Shown: positions 19,716 to 29,110 of the stretch, piece by piece
How the letters are laid out: every line of letters starts with the position of its first letter
How positions within the stretch are numbered: the first letter of the stretch is position 1
From: Oscillatoria sp. FACHB-1406
GTDB lineage: Bacteria > Cyanobacteriota > Cyanobacteriia > Cyanobacteriales > Spirulinaceae
Assembly: GCF_014698145.1 (NCBI RefSeq)
Contig: NZ_JACJSM010000001.1
Coordinates: 280,633 to 344,632 of the forward strand
DNA length: 64,000 nucleotides
Reading direction: 5' to 3'
The notes under the pieces: generated by a model
The model's input: the letters and a program-made list of their open reading frames with translations, nothing else
What the model was told of the DNA's origin: nothing
Databases searched by the model: none
Made by a program: the position numbers and the translations under genes

Positions 19716-20642
19716 TTATAATCGCTGGCGCAGAAAAGTCAGCAGTTTAATGAAACTTTCGGGAAGCGGTGCAATGGCTTCAATCCATTCCTCCGTGACA
19801 GGATGCTGCAAGCCGAGTTTGTGGGCGTGGAGTGCTTGTCCGGGAAGGTTTACCCCCGAAAAACGCGCCGAACTATAAACGAGATCGCCCACAATAGGAT
19901 GCCCCATTTGCGCCGAATGAACCCGAATTTGATGGGTGCGCCCGGTTTCGAGGCGAAATCGCATTAGGGTGTAGTTGCTGAGGCGTTCTTCGATTTGCCA
20001 GTGGGTGACGGCAGTACGTCCGCCTTTTTCGAGCGGGACGATCGCCATTTTTTTGCGATCGCGCGGATGCCTCCCGATCGGTAGGTCAATCGTGCCGTTA
20101 GTGCTACCGGGAACGCCATAGACAACCCCTAAATACTCTCGGCGGGCAGTTTTGACCTTAAGTTGTGCTTGTAGGTGTTGATGGGCGAAATCGGTTTTGG
20201 CGATCGCGATCGCGCCGGTGGTATCTTTATCCAACCGATGCACGATTCCCGGACGCTGCACGCCGCCAATTCCGGCTAAATCGGGGCAATGCGCCAGGAG
20301 TGCATTAACCAGAGTGCCGTTTTCGTGTCCGGGGGCGGGATGCACGACTAAACCGGCGGGTTTGTTGAGAATAATCAAAGCATTGTCTTCGTAGAGGATG
20401 TCGAGGGGAATGGCTTCGGCTTCGACTTCTAGGGGAACGGCTTCGGGAATTGTGACAACGACGCGATCGCCATTTTGTACGCTCGCCTTTTTCGAGGTGC
20501 AGGTTTCGCCGTTAATGCAGACGCAACCGCCTTCAATCAGTTTTTGCAAGCGAGAACGCGATAGATCCGGCAATTGTTCCGCCAGCCAGCGATCGAGGCG
20601 TTCTTTGGTATCTTTAACTTCTAGGGGACGATATTCGCTCAT
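19716..20642 (-). CDS. rluD: RluA-family 23S rRNA pseudouridine synthase (RluD-like) with an N-terminal S4 domain
   Basis: Catalytic motif HRLDKDTTGAI. Confidence 0.85.
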   Translation of the reverse strand: MSEYRPLEVKDTKERLDRWLAEQLPDLSRSRLQKLIEGGCVCINGETCTSKKASVQNGDRVVVTIPEAVPLEVEAEAIPLDILYEDNALIILNKPAGLVVHPAPGHENGTLVNALLAHCPDLAGIGGVQRPGIVHRLDKDTTGAIAIAKTDFAHQHLQAQLKVKTARREYLGVVYGVPGSTNGTIDLPIGRHPRDRKKMAIVPLEKGGRTAVTHWQIEERLSNYTLMRFRLETGRTHQIRVHSAQMGHPIVGDLVYSSARFSGVNLPGQALHAHKLGLQHPVTEEWIEAIAPLPESFIKLLTFLRQRL

Positions 20643-20672
20643 TCAAACGATCGGGGATGTGTAGAGGTATCA

Positions 20673-21647
20673 TTGCAGAGTCTCGACTTTAATCACTCTC
20701 CCACCTCAAAAAACTCAAAAATTCCAATGTCTGCGATCGCAACGGTGATAGTTCCGGGTACAACAGCCAATCTAGGCTCTGGTTTCGATTGTATCGGCGC
20801 TGCCCTCACTCTGTACAACCAATTCCGATTTACCGCCGCCACCGATACCGCCGTCCCCCTAAAAATTTCCGTGCAAGGCGAGGAAGCTAAAGGGTTGCAG
20901 GCTGATAAAAGTAACTTAGTCTATCGCGCCTTTTGCAAGCTGTACGATCGCATCGGACAGCCCGCGCCCCCTGTCGAAATTGAAATTAAGTTAGGCGTTC
21001 CCCTCTCGCGAGGGTTGGGCAGTTCGGCGACTGCCATTATCGGCGGGTTAGTGGGAGCCAATCGCTTAGCGGGCAATGCTTTGAGCGTCGCGGAAATTAT
21101 GGAAATTGCGATCGCGATGGAAGGACACCCCGATAATGTCGTCCCCACCTTATTGGGTAATTGTCAACTTTCTGTAAAAACACTTGACAAATGGGAAGTT
21201 TGTGCAGTCCCCTGGCATCAGGCGATCGTCCCCATCGTTGCCATCCCCGACTTTGAACTTTCCACCGAAGCGGCGCGCGCCGTACTCCCCACCAGCGTCA
21301 GCCGCGCCGATGCCATCTTCAACATCTCGCGCATGGGAATGCTGGTGCGCGGTTTGGGCGAACACCATCCCGACTGGTTGCGCGCTGCCCTCGACGATGC
21401 CCTCCATCAACCTTACCGCCAAAGCTTAATTCGCGGCTACGAAGAAGTACAAGCAGCAGCCATTGCAGCGGGGGCTTACGGGATGGCGATTAGCGGTGCT
21501 GGGCCCGCTTTACTCGCCTTGGCTGACAGCGCGAAGGCGAAAACCGTTGCCGAAGCGATGCAGACAGCGTGGGAACGAGAAGGCGTTCGAGCCGAAGCGC
21601 TGCTGCTGGCCTTAGATGCGGAAGGAGCAAGGATAATTGATAATTGA
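20673..21647 (+). CDS. thrB: homoserine kinase
   Basis: GHMP kinase motif VPGTTANLGSGFDCIGAAL. The likely start is the internal MSAIATV near 20727. Confidence 0.85.
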   Translation: MQSLDFNHSPTSKNSKIPMSAIATVIVPGTTANLGSGFDCIGAALTLYNQFRFTAATDTAVPLKISVQGEEAKGLQADKSNLVYRAFCKLYDRIGQPAPPVEIEIKLGVPLSRGLGSSATAIIGGLVGANRLAGNALSVAEIMEIAIAMEGHPDNVVPTLLGNCQLSVKTLDKWEVCAVPWHQAIVPIVAIPDFELSTEAARAVLPTSVSRADAIFNISRMGMLVRGLGEHHPDWLRAALDDALHQPYRQSLIRGYEEVQAAAIAAGAYGMAISGAGPALLALADSAKAKTVAEAMQTAWEREGVRAEALLLALDAEGARIIDN

Positions 21648-22267
21648 TGAATGGCGCTGAAATAAGAGTTGAAAAATCGCCGTAGAGACGTTGTATACAA
21701 CGTCGTTATTGATATTTCGTAGGTTGGACAGCGCCCACCAGCCTTAAGTTAGTGCCATTCGGTAATTGATAATTGCATAATTGGGAGAGTCCGAGCAAAG
21801 TCTCCCGATGGGGAAAATGAAATCATGGCAATAGAAGCTGTTCCAACTCAGTTTCGAGTTCTCGTGCAGTCTTTTTGCGAACAAATGTATTTTAATCAAA
21901 TACATTAAAAATTATTATTATTGCACATATGTATTATATTTTATTTTTAACATAAATATTAAAAGCTAAAGTTTGTACTCGATGTTACAATTTTATTAAG
22001 AAATATTTACTGTTGCCTGGGGAACGCGCAACAGGGATTTTCTCTAAACGAAACGACAACCAAACAACATCGTAAAGCCAGCTATTCCTCTAGCTGGTTT
22101 TTTATCAGAAGAATGGGTCTAAAGCTCCGTCTTTCTAGTAGGGCTTTCTGGTTTTTGTGTTAGCCTAGCAAAGGTAGTACGAAATAGATCGGTTTTCCCG
22201 ATTTCAAGAATTGTAATCACTGCTTGCATCGTTAGCAGTGTCAAATTTTTAGTCAAGGGCAATCTTC

Positions 22268-23887
22268 ATGCTGTGGCTGGTTGCTGTTTTCGTCAGTTTG
22301 GGGTGGGTGCTGTCTCTGTGTTTCCATGAGTTCGGACACGCCTTAATCGCTTATTGGGGTGGGGATACATCCGTTAAAGAGAAGGGATATTTAACCTTCA
22401 ATCCGCTCAAATATACCGATCCAGGGTTAAGTTTGGTGTTGCCGATATTTTTTCTGTTGTTGGGGGGAATAGCACTACCAGGAGGGGCGGTTTATATCAA
22501 TCAAAAGTTACTGCGCGATCGCAAGTGGCAAAGTGCCGTCTCTGCTGCCGGTCCGCTGGCTAATATTTTAGTCGTTTTATTTTTTTCAATTCCCTTTCAA
22601 TTGGGCTGGAATCAAGTCACTTTGGATCGCAATAACGTTCTCAACAGTGCGATACTTTCCGCAAGTCTTGCTTTCCTGATTCTCATTAATACTTACGTCG
22701 TTATTCTCAATCTTTTACCGCTTCCTTCCCTCGACGGCTACGGCATTATCGAACCGTGGCTGCCTCCGGCTTGGCAGCGACAATTCCGTCAGTTCGGTCA
22801 ATATGGGATTTGGGTTTTAATTGCTTTGTTATGGTTTGTCCAACCCTTCAATCAATTACTGTGGAATGTAGCGCGGGCAATTACGGAGTCTTTAGGTGTT
22901 CCCTTAGAAACAGCTTTAGTTGGGGGCGAAATTTTTAGGCAGTATTCTTTTCTCTTAGTCGGAGTCTTGATATTAGGTTTATGGATTTTTGGGAGCAAGG
23001 AGAAGCGCTGGTATGGGAAGGGGAATAATTGGGCAGGAATGAAACGGTATGCAAAAGCATTAGATTGTTACGAAAAAGCACTAGCAATTAATGCAAATTT
23101 TGCAGAAGCTTGGCAGGCAAAAGGTTACGTTTTGACGCAATTGCAACGCTATGAAGAGGCGATCGCGGCTTACGATCGCGCGATTTCCTTACAACCGCAA
23201 AATACCAGCCTTTTGATGGCGCGCGGCGAGATTTTGCAGGCTTTGCAGCGACAGGAGGAGGCGATCGCGTCTTTCGATCGCGCGGTAGAATTACAACCGG
23301 AGAATGCGGAAGTATGGTTTTATCGCGGTTCTCTGCTGCTCGATTTACAGCAATGGGAAAACGCGCTCTTATCGTTCGATCGCGCTTTAGCTTTATCGTT
23401 ACCGCGCGATAAAACCGCGATGACTTGGTACTCCCGCAGCTACGCCCTCGCACAATTAAAACAAGATAAAGCTGCCTTAGAAGCGTGCGATCGCGCCCTA
23501 AAACTCGATCCCAATTCCTATACCTATTTAATCTGGCGCGGCGATCTTTTAGCGAGTTTAAATCGTTCTGAAGAACGCCTAGCCGCCTACAATCGCGCCC
23601 TAAAATTTAAACCCAACCTCGCCCAACTGTGGCTGAAACGCGGCGAGGTTTTGCGGCAATTGCAACGATACGAAGAAGCGATCGCATCTTGCGCGCGCGC
23701 CCTCGCTTTAGAGCCAAAAACCGCAGAAATTTGGTACGAACAAGCACGATGTTATTGCTTGCAGGGGAATATCGAGCGGGCGATCGAGTCCTTAAAGAGT
23801 GCGATTGCGATCGACTCTCGCTACCGAGAACTCGCGATCGCCAATCCCGATTTCACCGCAGCGCGTCAGAAGAATAGCTTTCCTTAA
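22268..23887 (+). CDS. M50-family (site-2 protease-like) membrane metalloprotease fused to C-terminal TPR repeats
   Basis: HEFGH zinc motif and NLLPLPSLDG motif in the TM region. Multiple 34-aa TPR units in the C-terminal half. Confidence 0.65.
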   Translation: MLWLVAVFVSLGWVLSLCFHEFGHALIAYWGGDTSVKEKGYLTFNPLKYTDPGLSLVLPIFFLLLGGIALPGGAVYINQKLLRDRKWQSAVSAAGPLANILVVLFFSIPFQLGWNQVTLDRNNVLNSAILSASLAFLILINTYVVILNLLPLPSLDGYGIIEPWLPPAWQRQFRQFGQYGIWVLIALLWFVQPFNQLLWNVARAITESLGVPLETALVGGEIFRQYSFLLVGVLILGLWIFGSKEKRWYGKGNNWAGMKRYAKALDCYEKALAINANFAEAWQAKGYVLTQLQRYEEAIAAYDRAISLQPQNTSLLMARGEILQALQRQEEAIASFDRAVELQPENAEVWFYRGSLLLDLQQWENALLSFDRALALSLPRDKTAMTWYSRSYALAQLKQDKAALEACDRALKLDPNSYTYLIWRGDLLASLNRSEERLAAYNRALKFKPNLAQLWLKRGEVLRQLQRYEEAIASCARALALEPKTAEIWYEQARCYCLQGNIERAIESLKSAIAIDSRYRELAIANPDFTAARQKNSFP

Positions 23888-24480
23888 GCACGCGGCACGA
23901 TTAAAGTAATTAAACTTTCAACAATTCGCTCGGGATCCATCGGCATAACTTCCTTACCGTACAGCGCTTCTTGCACCATTAACCAATGAATGAGCGAGCC
24001 AACAAAAATTCTTGCTGTGGCTTCGGGATCGCTCGAGTTTAAATCGGGGCGCGTTTTGAAATAATCGCTTACCACATTAACGGCGGGCTGAACGAGATTT
24101 TTTAAAAAGATTTGTGCTAAGTCCGGGCGTACTTCCGATTCCCCAAAAATCAAGCGGCAAAATCGCAGGTAGTCGGTATCGCCGATATGTTCGGTGAGGA
24201 TGCGGCGCGCTAAGTCTCGCAGCACGGTTTCGGGTTCGCCTTGCAGCGGTTTTGCCCAAACGAGTTGGAATTCTTCGATCGCGATGCGCTCTACTAAGGC
24301 AGTAAACAGCCCGTCTTTGTCGCTGAAGTGGCTATAAAGCGTTTGTTTGGACACGCCCGCAACTTTTGCTACCCGATCCATACTGGTGCGCGCGTAACCG
24401 TGGGCGAGAAATTCGGGAACGGCGGCGCGGAGGATTTGCTCGGCTTTTTCGGGTAAGGGGCTAGTTGCCATTGTTGCCAA
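23884..24480 (-). CDS. TetR/AcrR family transcriptional regulator
   Basis: HTH TSMDRVAKVAGVSKQTLYSHFSDKDGLF. It is divergent from the devBCA-like operon. Confidence 0.85.
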   Translation of the reverse strand: MATMATSPLPEKAEQILRAAVPEFLAHGYARTSMDRVAKVAGVSKQTLYSHFSDKDGLFTALVERIAIEEFQLVWAKPLQGEPETVLRDLARRILTEHIGDTDYLRFCRLIFGESEVRPDLAQIFLKNLVQPAVNVVSDYFKTRPDLNSSDPEATARIFVGSLIHWLMVQEALYGKEVMPMDPERIVESLITLIVPRA

Positions 24481-24534
24481 TCCTAAACAATTTTCCCTCG
24501 AGCATCATCAATGGATGTTGGTAAAACCGATTAT

Positions 24535-24550
24535 GTTAAAATAGTTTAAC
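24535..24550. promoter_or_regulatory. candidate TetR operator palindrome GTTAAA-atag-TTTAAC in the TetR/devB intergenic region
   Basis: Perfect 6-4-6 inverted repeat lying between divergent promoters. Confidence 0.25.
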
Positions 24551-24613
24551 GAAACTGTACTGTACGGTCTAACGGCAAAGATCGTCAAGCTTGAAACTTA
24601 TCGAGCAATCAAT

Positions 24614-25837
24614 ATGGTTCTAAAAATCAAGGGCGCGGAATCTAGGTGGAAGAATTTGCCGATGTCGAAGTCCGGCAGTCGAATCGCGATCGCGCTATGT
24701 GTTCTCGGACTCGCGACCGTCGGTGGGGGGCTATTCTACAGCCTGAAAATGAGTCGTAAAGAGCCGACAGCAGCGCCAACGCCCGTTGCTTCGCCCGTTG
24801 TCACCGCCGTTACCGCCCTCGGTCGCCTTGAACCACAAGGAGAAACGATCGTGGTTGCGCCGCCACCGACGTTAGGGGCAGCAAAAATCGCCCAACTGTT
24901 AGTGAAACAGGGCGATCGCGTGGCAGCCCAACAAACCATTGCAATCTTAGACGATCGCGATCGCCTTGCGGCAGCTTTAGATCGGGCTAACAGCGACGTT
25001 GAAGTTGCGATCGCCAACCTGCAAATCGTGCAAGCGGGGGCAAAAACGGGCGATGTCAATGCCGCCCGCGCCAACATCGCCCGCTTAGAAGCGCAACTGC
25101 AAGGCGAAATGACCAGCCAACAAGCGACGATCGATCGCGTCGCTGCCGAAGTTCGTAACGCTGAAAGCGAGTACCAGCGCTACCAGCAACTCGCATCCGG
25201 GGGCGCAATCGCAGCCATCGAAGTCGATCGCCGCCGCCTAGAACGCGACACCGCCCGCGAAAGTCTCAACGAAGCGATCGCCAAACGCAACCAAACCCAA
25301 AATACCTTACAACAACAAATTAAAGAAGCGCGCTCCACCCTCAATAGTGTCGCCGAAGTCCGTCCCGTCGATCTCGTTAAAGCCAGCGCAGAAGTCGAGC
25401 GCGCCCGCGCCGCCGTCAAACAAGCCCAAGCCGAGTTAGCCCAAGCTTACGTTAAAGCACCCGTCAGCGGACAAATCCTTAAAATCAATACCCGTCCCGG
25501 TGAAAGTGTCGGACAAACGGGGGGAATCATCGAAATCGGGCAAACCGATCGCATGGTTGCAGTCGCCGAAGTTTACGAAAGCGATATCGGTAAAGTTAAA
25601 GAAGGCCAAAGCGCGATCGTTAAAAGCGAAAACGGTTCCTTTAGGCAATCCTTAAAAGGTGTTGTTTCTGAAATCGGCTTGCAAATCGGCAAACGCAGCG
25701 TCCTCGAAACCAATCCTGCTGCCGATGTTGATGTTCGCGTTGTCGAAGTCAAAATTTTGCTCGACCCCGCCGATAGCCAGCGCGTTTCTAGTTTAACCAA
25801 TGCCAAAGTCTTAGTTGAAATCCAGCTTAATTTGTAA
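24614..25837 (+). CDS. devB: HlyD-family membrane fusion protein of a DevBCA-type ABC exporter
   Basis: N-terminal TM segment, long coiled coil, and barrel-sandwich hybrid motifs. Confidence 0.8.
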   Translation: MVLKIKGAESRWKNLPMSKSGSRIAIALCVLGLATVGGGLFYSLKMSRKEPTAAPTPVASPVVTAVTALGRLEPQGETIVVAPPPTLGAAKIAQLLVKQGDRVAAQQTIAILDDRDRLAAALDRANSDVEVAIANLQIVQAGAKTGDVNAARANIARLEAQLQGEMTSQQATIDRVAAEVRNAESEYQRYQQLASGGAIAAIEVDRRRLERDTARESLNEAIAKRNQTQNTLQQQIKEARSTLNSVAEVRPVDLVKASAEVERARAAVKQAQAELAQAYVKAPVSGQILKINTRPGESVGQTGGIIEIGQTDRMVAVAEVYESDIGKVKEGQSAIVKSENGSFRQSLKGVVSEIGLQIGKRSVLETNPAADVDVRVVEVKILLDPADSQRVSSLTNAKVLVEIQLNL

Positions 25838-25980
25838 TTCGTAATTCGTAATTCGTAATTCGTAGTTCGTAATTCGTAATTCGTAATTCGTAATTCACCA
25901 TTCATCACTCGTAATTCGTAATTCACCATTCATCACTCATAATTCATAATTCCCCCATTCATAATTCATCATTCATAATT
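25838..25980. repeat. tandem heptamer array (AATTCGT)n with decayed distal units, STRR-like
   Basis: About 9 perfect units that overlap the devB stop codon, degenerating into aattcat/cattcat units before the devC start. Confidence 0.7.
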
Positions 25981-25983
25981 TAT

Positions 25984-27132
25984 ATGAAAATCCCTCTCGC
26001 TTGGTTACAACTAACTCGCGAAAAAATCAGACTTATAATCGCTCTAGCGGGAATTGGATTTGCAGACATTCTCATGTTCATGCAACTTGGCTTTCAAGAT
26101 GCACTCTTTGAAAGCTCAGTGGTCTTACATAAAAGAATTGAAGGTGACATCTTTTTGCTCAGTCCCAAATCCACCGCGATAATCGCAATGTCGCAGTTTT
26201 CACAACGAAGATTGTATCAAGCATTGGCGCTTAAAGGCGTGCGAGAAGTTCATCCAATTTACCTAGACTTTGTGATTTGGAAAAATCCCGTCACCGCAGA
26301 ACCGCGCGGGATTATGTTGTTAGGGATTAACCCCGAAGATGATTTTATCGACGTACCGGGATTGCGCGAAAATTTGGATCGCGTCAAATTAGAAGATACG
26401 ATTTTATTCGACAAACTCTCCCGTCCTGAATTCGGCCCTATCGCTGAATTATTTGACGAAGGAAAGACGGTTACAACCGAAGCAGGGGGGAAACAGCTTA
26501 AAGTTGGTGGTTTATTTTCTTTGGGGGCTTCTTTCGGGGCAGATGGGAATATTCTCACCAGCGATATTAACTTTTTAAGATTATTTCCGAATCGAAATAA
26601 AGGTTTAATTGATATCGGTGTAATTAGTTTAGAACCCGGAGTAGATGTTGAAAGTATTAAACAATCCCTTACTACTATCTTACCCCAAGATGTTAATATT
26701 TTTACTCGCAAAGAGTTTATCGACTTTGAAGTTAATTATTGGAAAACAAGTACAGCAATTGGTTTTATTTTTACCCTGGGTGTTGGCATGGGGTTTATTG
26801 TTGGGATTGTCATTGTTTATCAAATTCTTTATACCGATGTTTCCGACCACTTGCCGGAGTATGCAACCCTGAAAGCGATGGGTTATACAGATTTTTACTT
26901 ATTGGGAGTTGTCTTTCAAGAAGCTCTTATTCTTGCATTTTTAGGCTACATCCCTGGATTTTTGATTTCTAATATTCTGTACGCAGTCACAGCACAAGCG
27001 ACGAGTTTGCCGCTCGCAATGACTGTGGCAAAAGCAACTCAGGTGATAATTTTGACTGTGATTATGTGTACGGCTTCCGGTGCGATCGCGGTGCGAAAAT
27101 TGAGTGCAGCAGATCCGGCTGATATTTTTTAG
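25984..27132 (+). CDS. devC: ABC exporter permease, FtsX/DevC family
   Basis: One N-terminal TM segment, a large periplasmic loop, and three C-terminal TM helices. Follows devB. Confidence 0.8.
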   Translation: MKIPLAWLQLTREKIRLIIALAGIGFADILMFMQLGFQDALFESSVVLHKRIEGDIFLLSPKSTAIIAMSQFSQRRLYQALALKGVREVHPIYLDFVIWKNPVTAEPRGIMLLGINPEDDFIDVPGLRENLDRVKLEDTILFDKLSRPEFGPIAELFDEGKTVTTEAGGKQLKVGGLFSLGASFGADGNILTSDINFLRLFPNRNKGLIDIGVISLEPGVDVESIKQSLTTILPQDVNIFTRKEFIDFEVNYWKTSTAIGFIFTLGVGMGFIVGIVIVYQILYTDVSDHLPEYATLKAMGYTDFYLLGVVFQEALILAFLGYIPGFLISNILYAVTAQATSLPLAMTVAKATQVIILTVIMCTASGAIAVRKLSAADPADIF

Positions 27133-27871
27133 AAATTATTGGGGTTTTATGAATACTGAAAAAGTGGTTGAAATTTCCAATTTAGACTTTGCTTACGGTC
27201 ACGGAAACTTACGAAAACAAATCCTATTTGATATCAACTTAACCCTAGAAGCGGGAGAAGTTTCGATAATGAAAGGGCCTTCTGGTTCTGGGAAAACAAC
27301 CTTACTAACTTTGATGGGTGCGTTGCGATCGCCGCAATCGGGCAGTCTGAAAGTTTTAGGGCAGGAATTAGTCGGCGCGAACAAATCTAAACTGGTGCAA
27401 GTTCGCCGCAATATCGGTTATATTTTCCAAGCGCATAACTTGTTGCGATCGCTTACCGCGCGGCAGAACGTCCAAATGTCGATCGAACTGCAAAACGGAA
27501 TCTCAGCAGCAACAGCTAAACGGAAAGCCATTGAAATCCTAGAAGCGGTAGGATTAGGAGAACGAATTGAGTATTACACCGACCAACTCTCCGGCGGTCA
27601 AAAACAACGAGTCGCGATCGCGCGTGCCTTGGTCAGTCATCCTAAAATGGTTTTAGCCGACGAACCCACCGCCGCCCTCGACAGTAAATCCGGGCGCGCC
27701 GTCGTCGAACTCATGCGCCAACTCGCAAAAGAACAAGGTTGTACCATCCTCCTCGTCACCCACGATAACCGCATTCTCGACGTAGCCGATCGCCTCCTGC
27801 ATATGGAAGACGGATACTTATCCCAAGAAAGCCTTTCAACACCAAAAAGAACGATTTCCACGCCCGTTTAG
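27104..27871 (+). CDS. devA: ABC transporter ATP-binding protein (DevA/MacB-type)
   Basis: Walker A GPSGSGKTT, signature LSGGQKQRVAIARAL, and Walker B VLADEPTAALD. The likely start is MNTEKV near 27150. Confidence 0.85.
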   Translation: MQQIRLIFFRNYWGFMNTEKVVEISNLDFAYGHGNLRKQILFDINLTLEAGEVSIMKGPSGSGKTTLLTLMGALRSPQSGSLKVLGQELVGANKSKLVQVRRNIGYIFQAHNLLRSLTARQNVQMSIELQNGISAATAKRKAIEILEAVGLGERIEYYTDQLSGGQKQRVAIARALVSHPKMVLADEPTAALDSKSGRAVVELMRQLAKEQGCTILLVTHDNRILDVADRLLHMEDGYLSQESLSTPKRTISTPV

Positions 27872-28785
27872 CGGAGTGTTTTCGACTTCGGAGACTTAAC
27901 GTTCGATTTCGGAGCTTTAGACGCGGGCGGGGGCGGTGGGGGTGCGGGGTGCGAGGCGACTTGGCGTTTATTGGGATTGGTGCGGAAGCTGACATTCACC
28001 CCTTCGCCCGACTGTTCTAAGACTAAAAGTGGTGTTGGCTTCGCTTTTTGGTCCCAACTAATTAAAACCACTCGTCCTTGAATTGTCGGTTGCCAATTTT
28101 CGTGATCTTCAGCCGGAGAAAGAAACTTTTCGATACAGTCAATAATTTGGGCGATTGTCGAAGAAGTCGATTGCGTCGGCAACTTCATCAATCGAATTTG
28201 AACCCGAAATAATACTCCCGTCGTTCGCTTGCCTGCCGTATCGGTTTCATAGGTCACATCAAACATTTCATCAACCTGACGGCCGGTTGCCGCCACCCCC
28301 ACTTGCTGGTGAGCGGTATTAGGACGTAGCGCTACGCTAATAATTTGTTTAACCCGAATTTTAATTTGGTTGATGATTGCATAGTGAAAAACTTCCTCAT
28401 CCATTCGCAGGCGCAAATAGTCAAGATTGAACTCTCGCGAATGAATGAGATCGGGGTTCTTCTCCATTTTGTCGATCGTTTTTAGCGCTAGCTTCAAACG
28501 CTTCTGTAAATCTTGGGATTTGTACTGCTCGAACTTAATTTCCTTATTCTTCTTATCCAAAATCATTAATTTGGCATAAGCAGCAATTCCCGCCGCAATT
28601 AAAGTCATTAACAGCGTGCTATACAGCCCGATCGAACCAAATAAAGAATCACCTTTTGCAGCGGGGGCTGGGGGCGGTGGAGAAGGTTTGAGGGCAATAA
28701 TCGATTGGGTTAGGGGAAATTGAGAAACCATAGATTGTGTTCGGATCGGGGAAACTGACCTGTATGCCCTTAGAGTTCCCAACAA
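27868..28785 (-). CDS. hypothetical protein with a single TM segment and Pro-rich N- and C-termini
   Basis: PPPPAPAAK ... LYSTLLMTLIAAGIAAYAKLMI ... PAPPPPPPASK. No recognisable domain. Confidence 0.35.
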   Translation of the reverse strand: MLGTLRAYRSVSPIRTQSMVSQFPLTQSIIALKPSPPPPAPAAKGDSLFGSIGLYSTLLMTLIAAGIAAYAKLMILDKKNKEIKFEQYKSQDLQKRLKLALKTIDKMEKNPDLIHSREFNLDYLRLRMDEEVFHYAIINQIKIRVKQIISVALRPNTAHQQVGVAATGRQVDEMFDVTYETDTAGKRTTGVLFRVQIRLMKLPTQSTSSTIAQIIDCIEKFLSPAEDHENWQPTIQGRVVLISWDQKAKPTPLLVLEQSGEGVNVSFRTNPNKRQVASHPAPPPPPPASKAPKSNVKSPKSKTLR

Positions 28786-29110
28786 CCAGGTCTAATCGTT
28801 GAGCGATCGACCGAGCGATAGAAGATACCTAGATTGTCTGCAATGCCACAATCGCACAACGGCGATCGTATCGATAGAGGGAATTTAGATAGATCCACCT
28901 CAACTATACCAGTCCTCGATGAAGAGGATTATCGAGTTGTAAGGAAATTTTCCCAATATCTACTCTAAGTTAGCAATTTTTGATTTTTTTCGAGCAAAGG
29001 AAAAAATATGTAAAGATTAACCTCAGTTTTATCGCCCAATTTTCCCGATTCCAGGGCGGTTGCTGCTAAATCGGGTAATCGCCCTTCCAACTCGTGTCCT
29101 GCGCCCAGTT

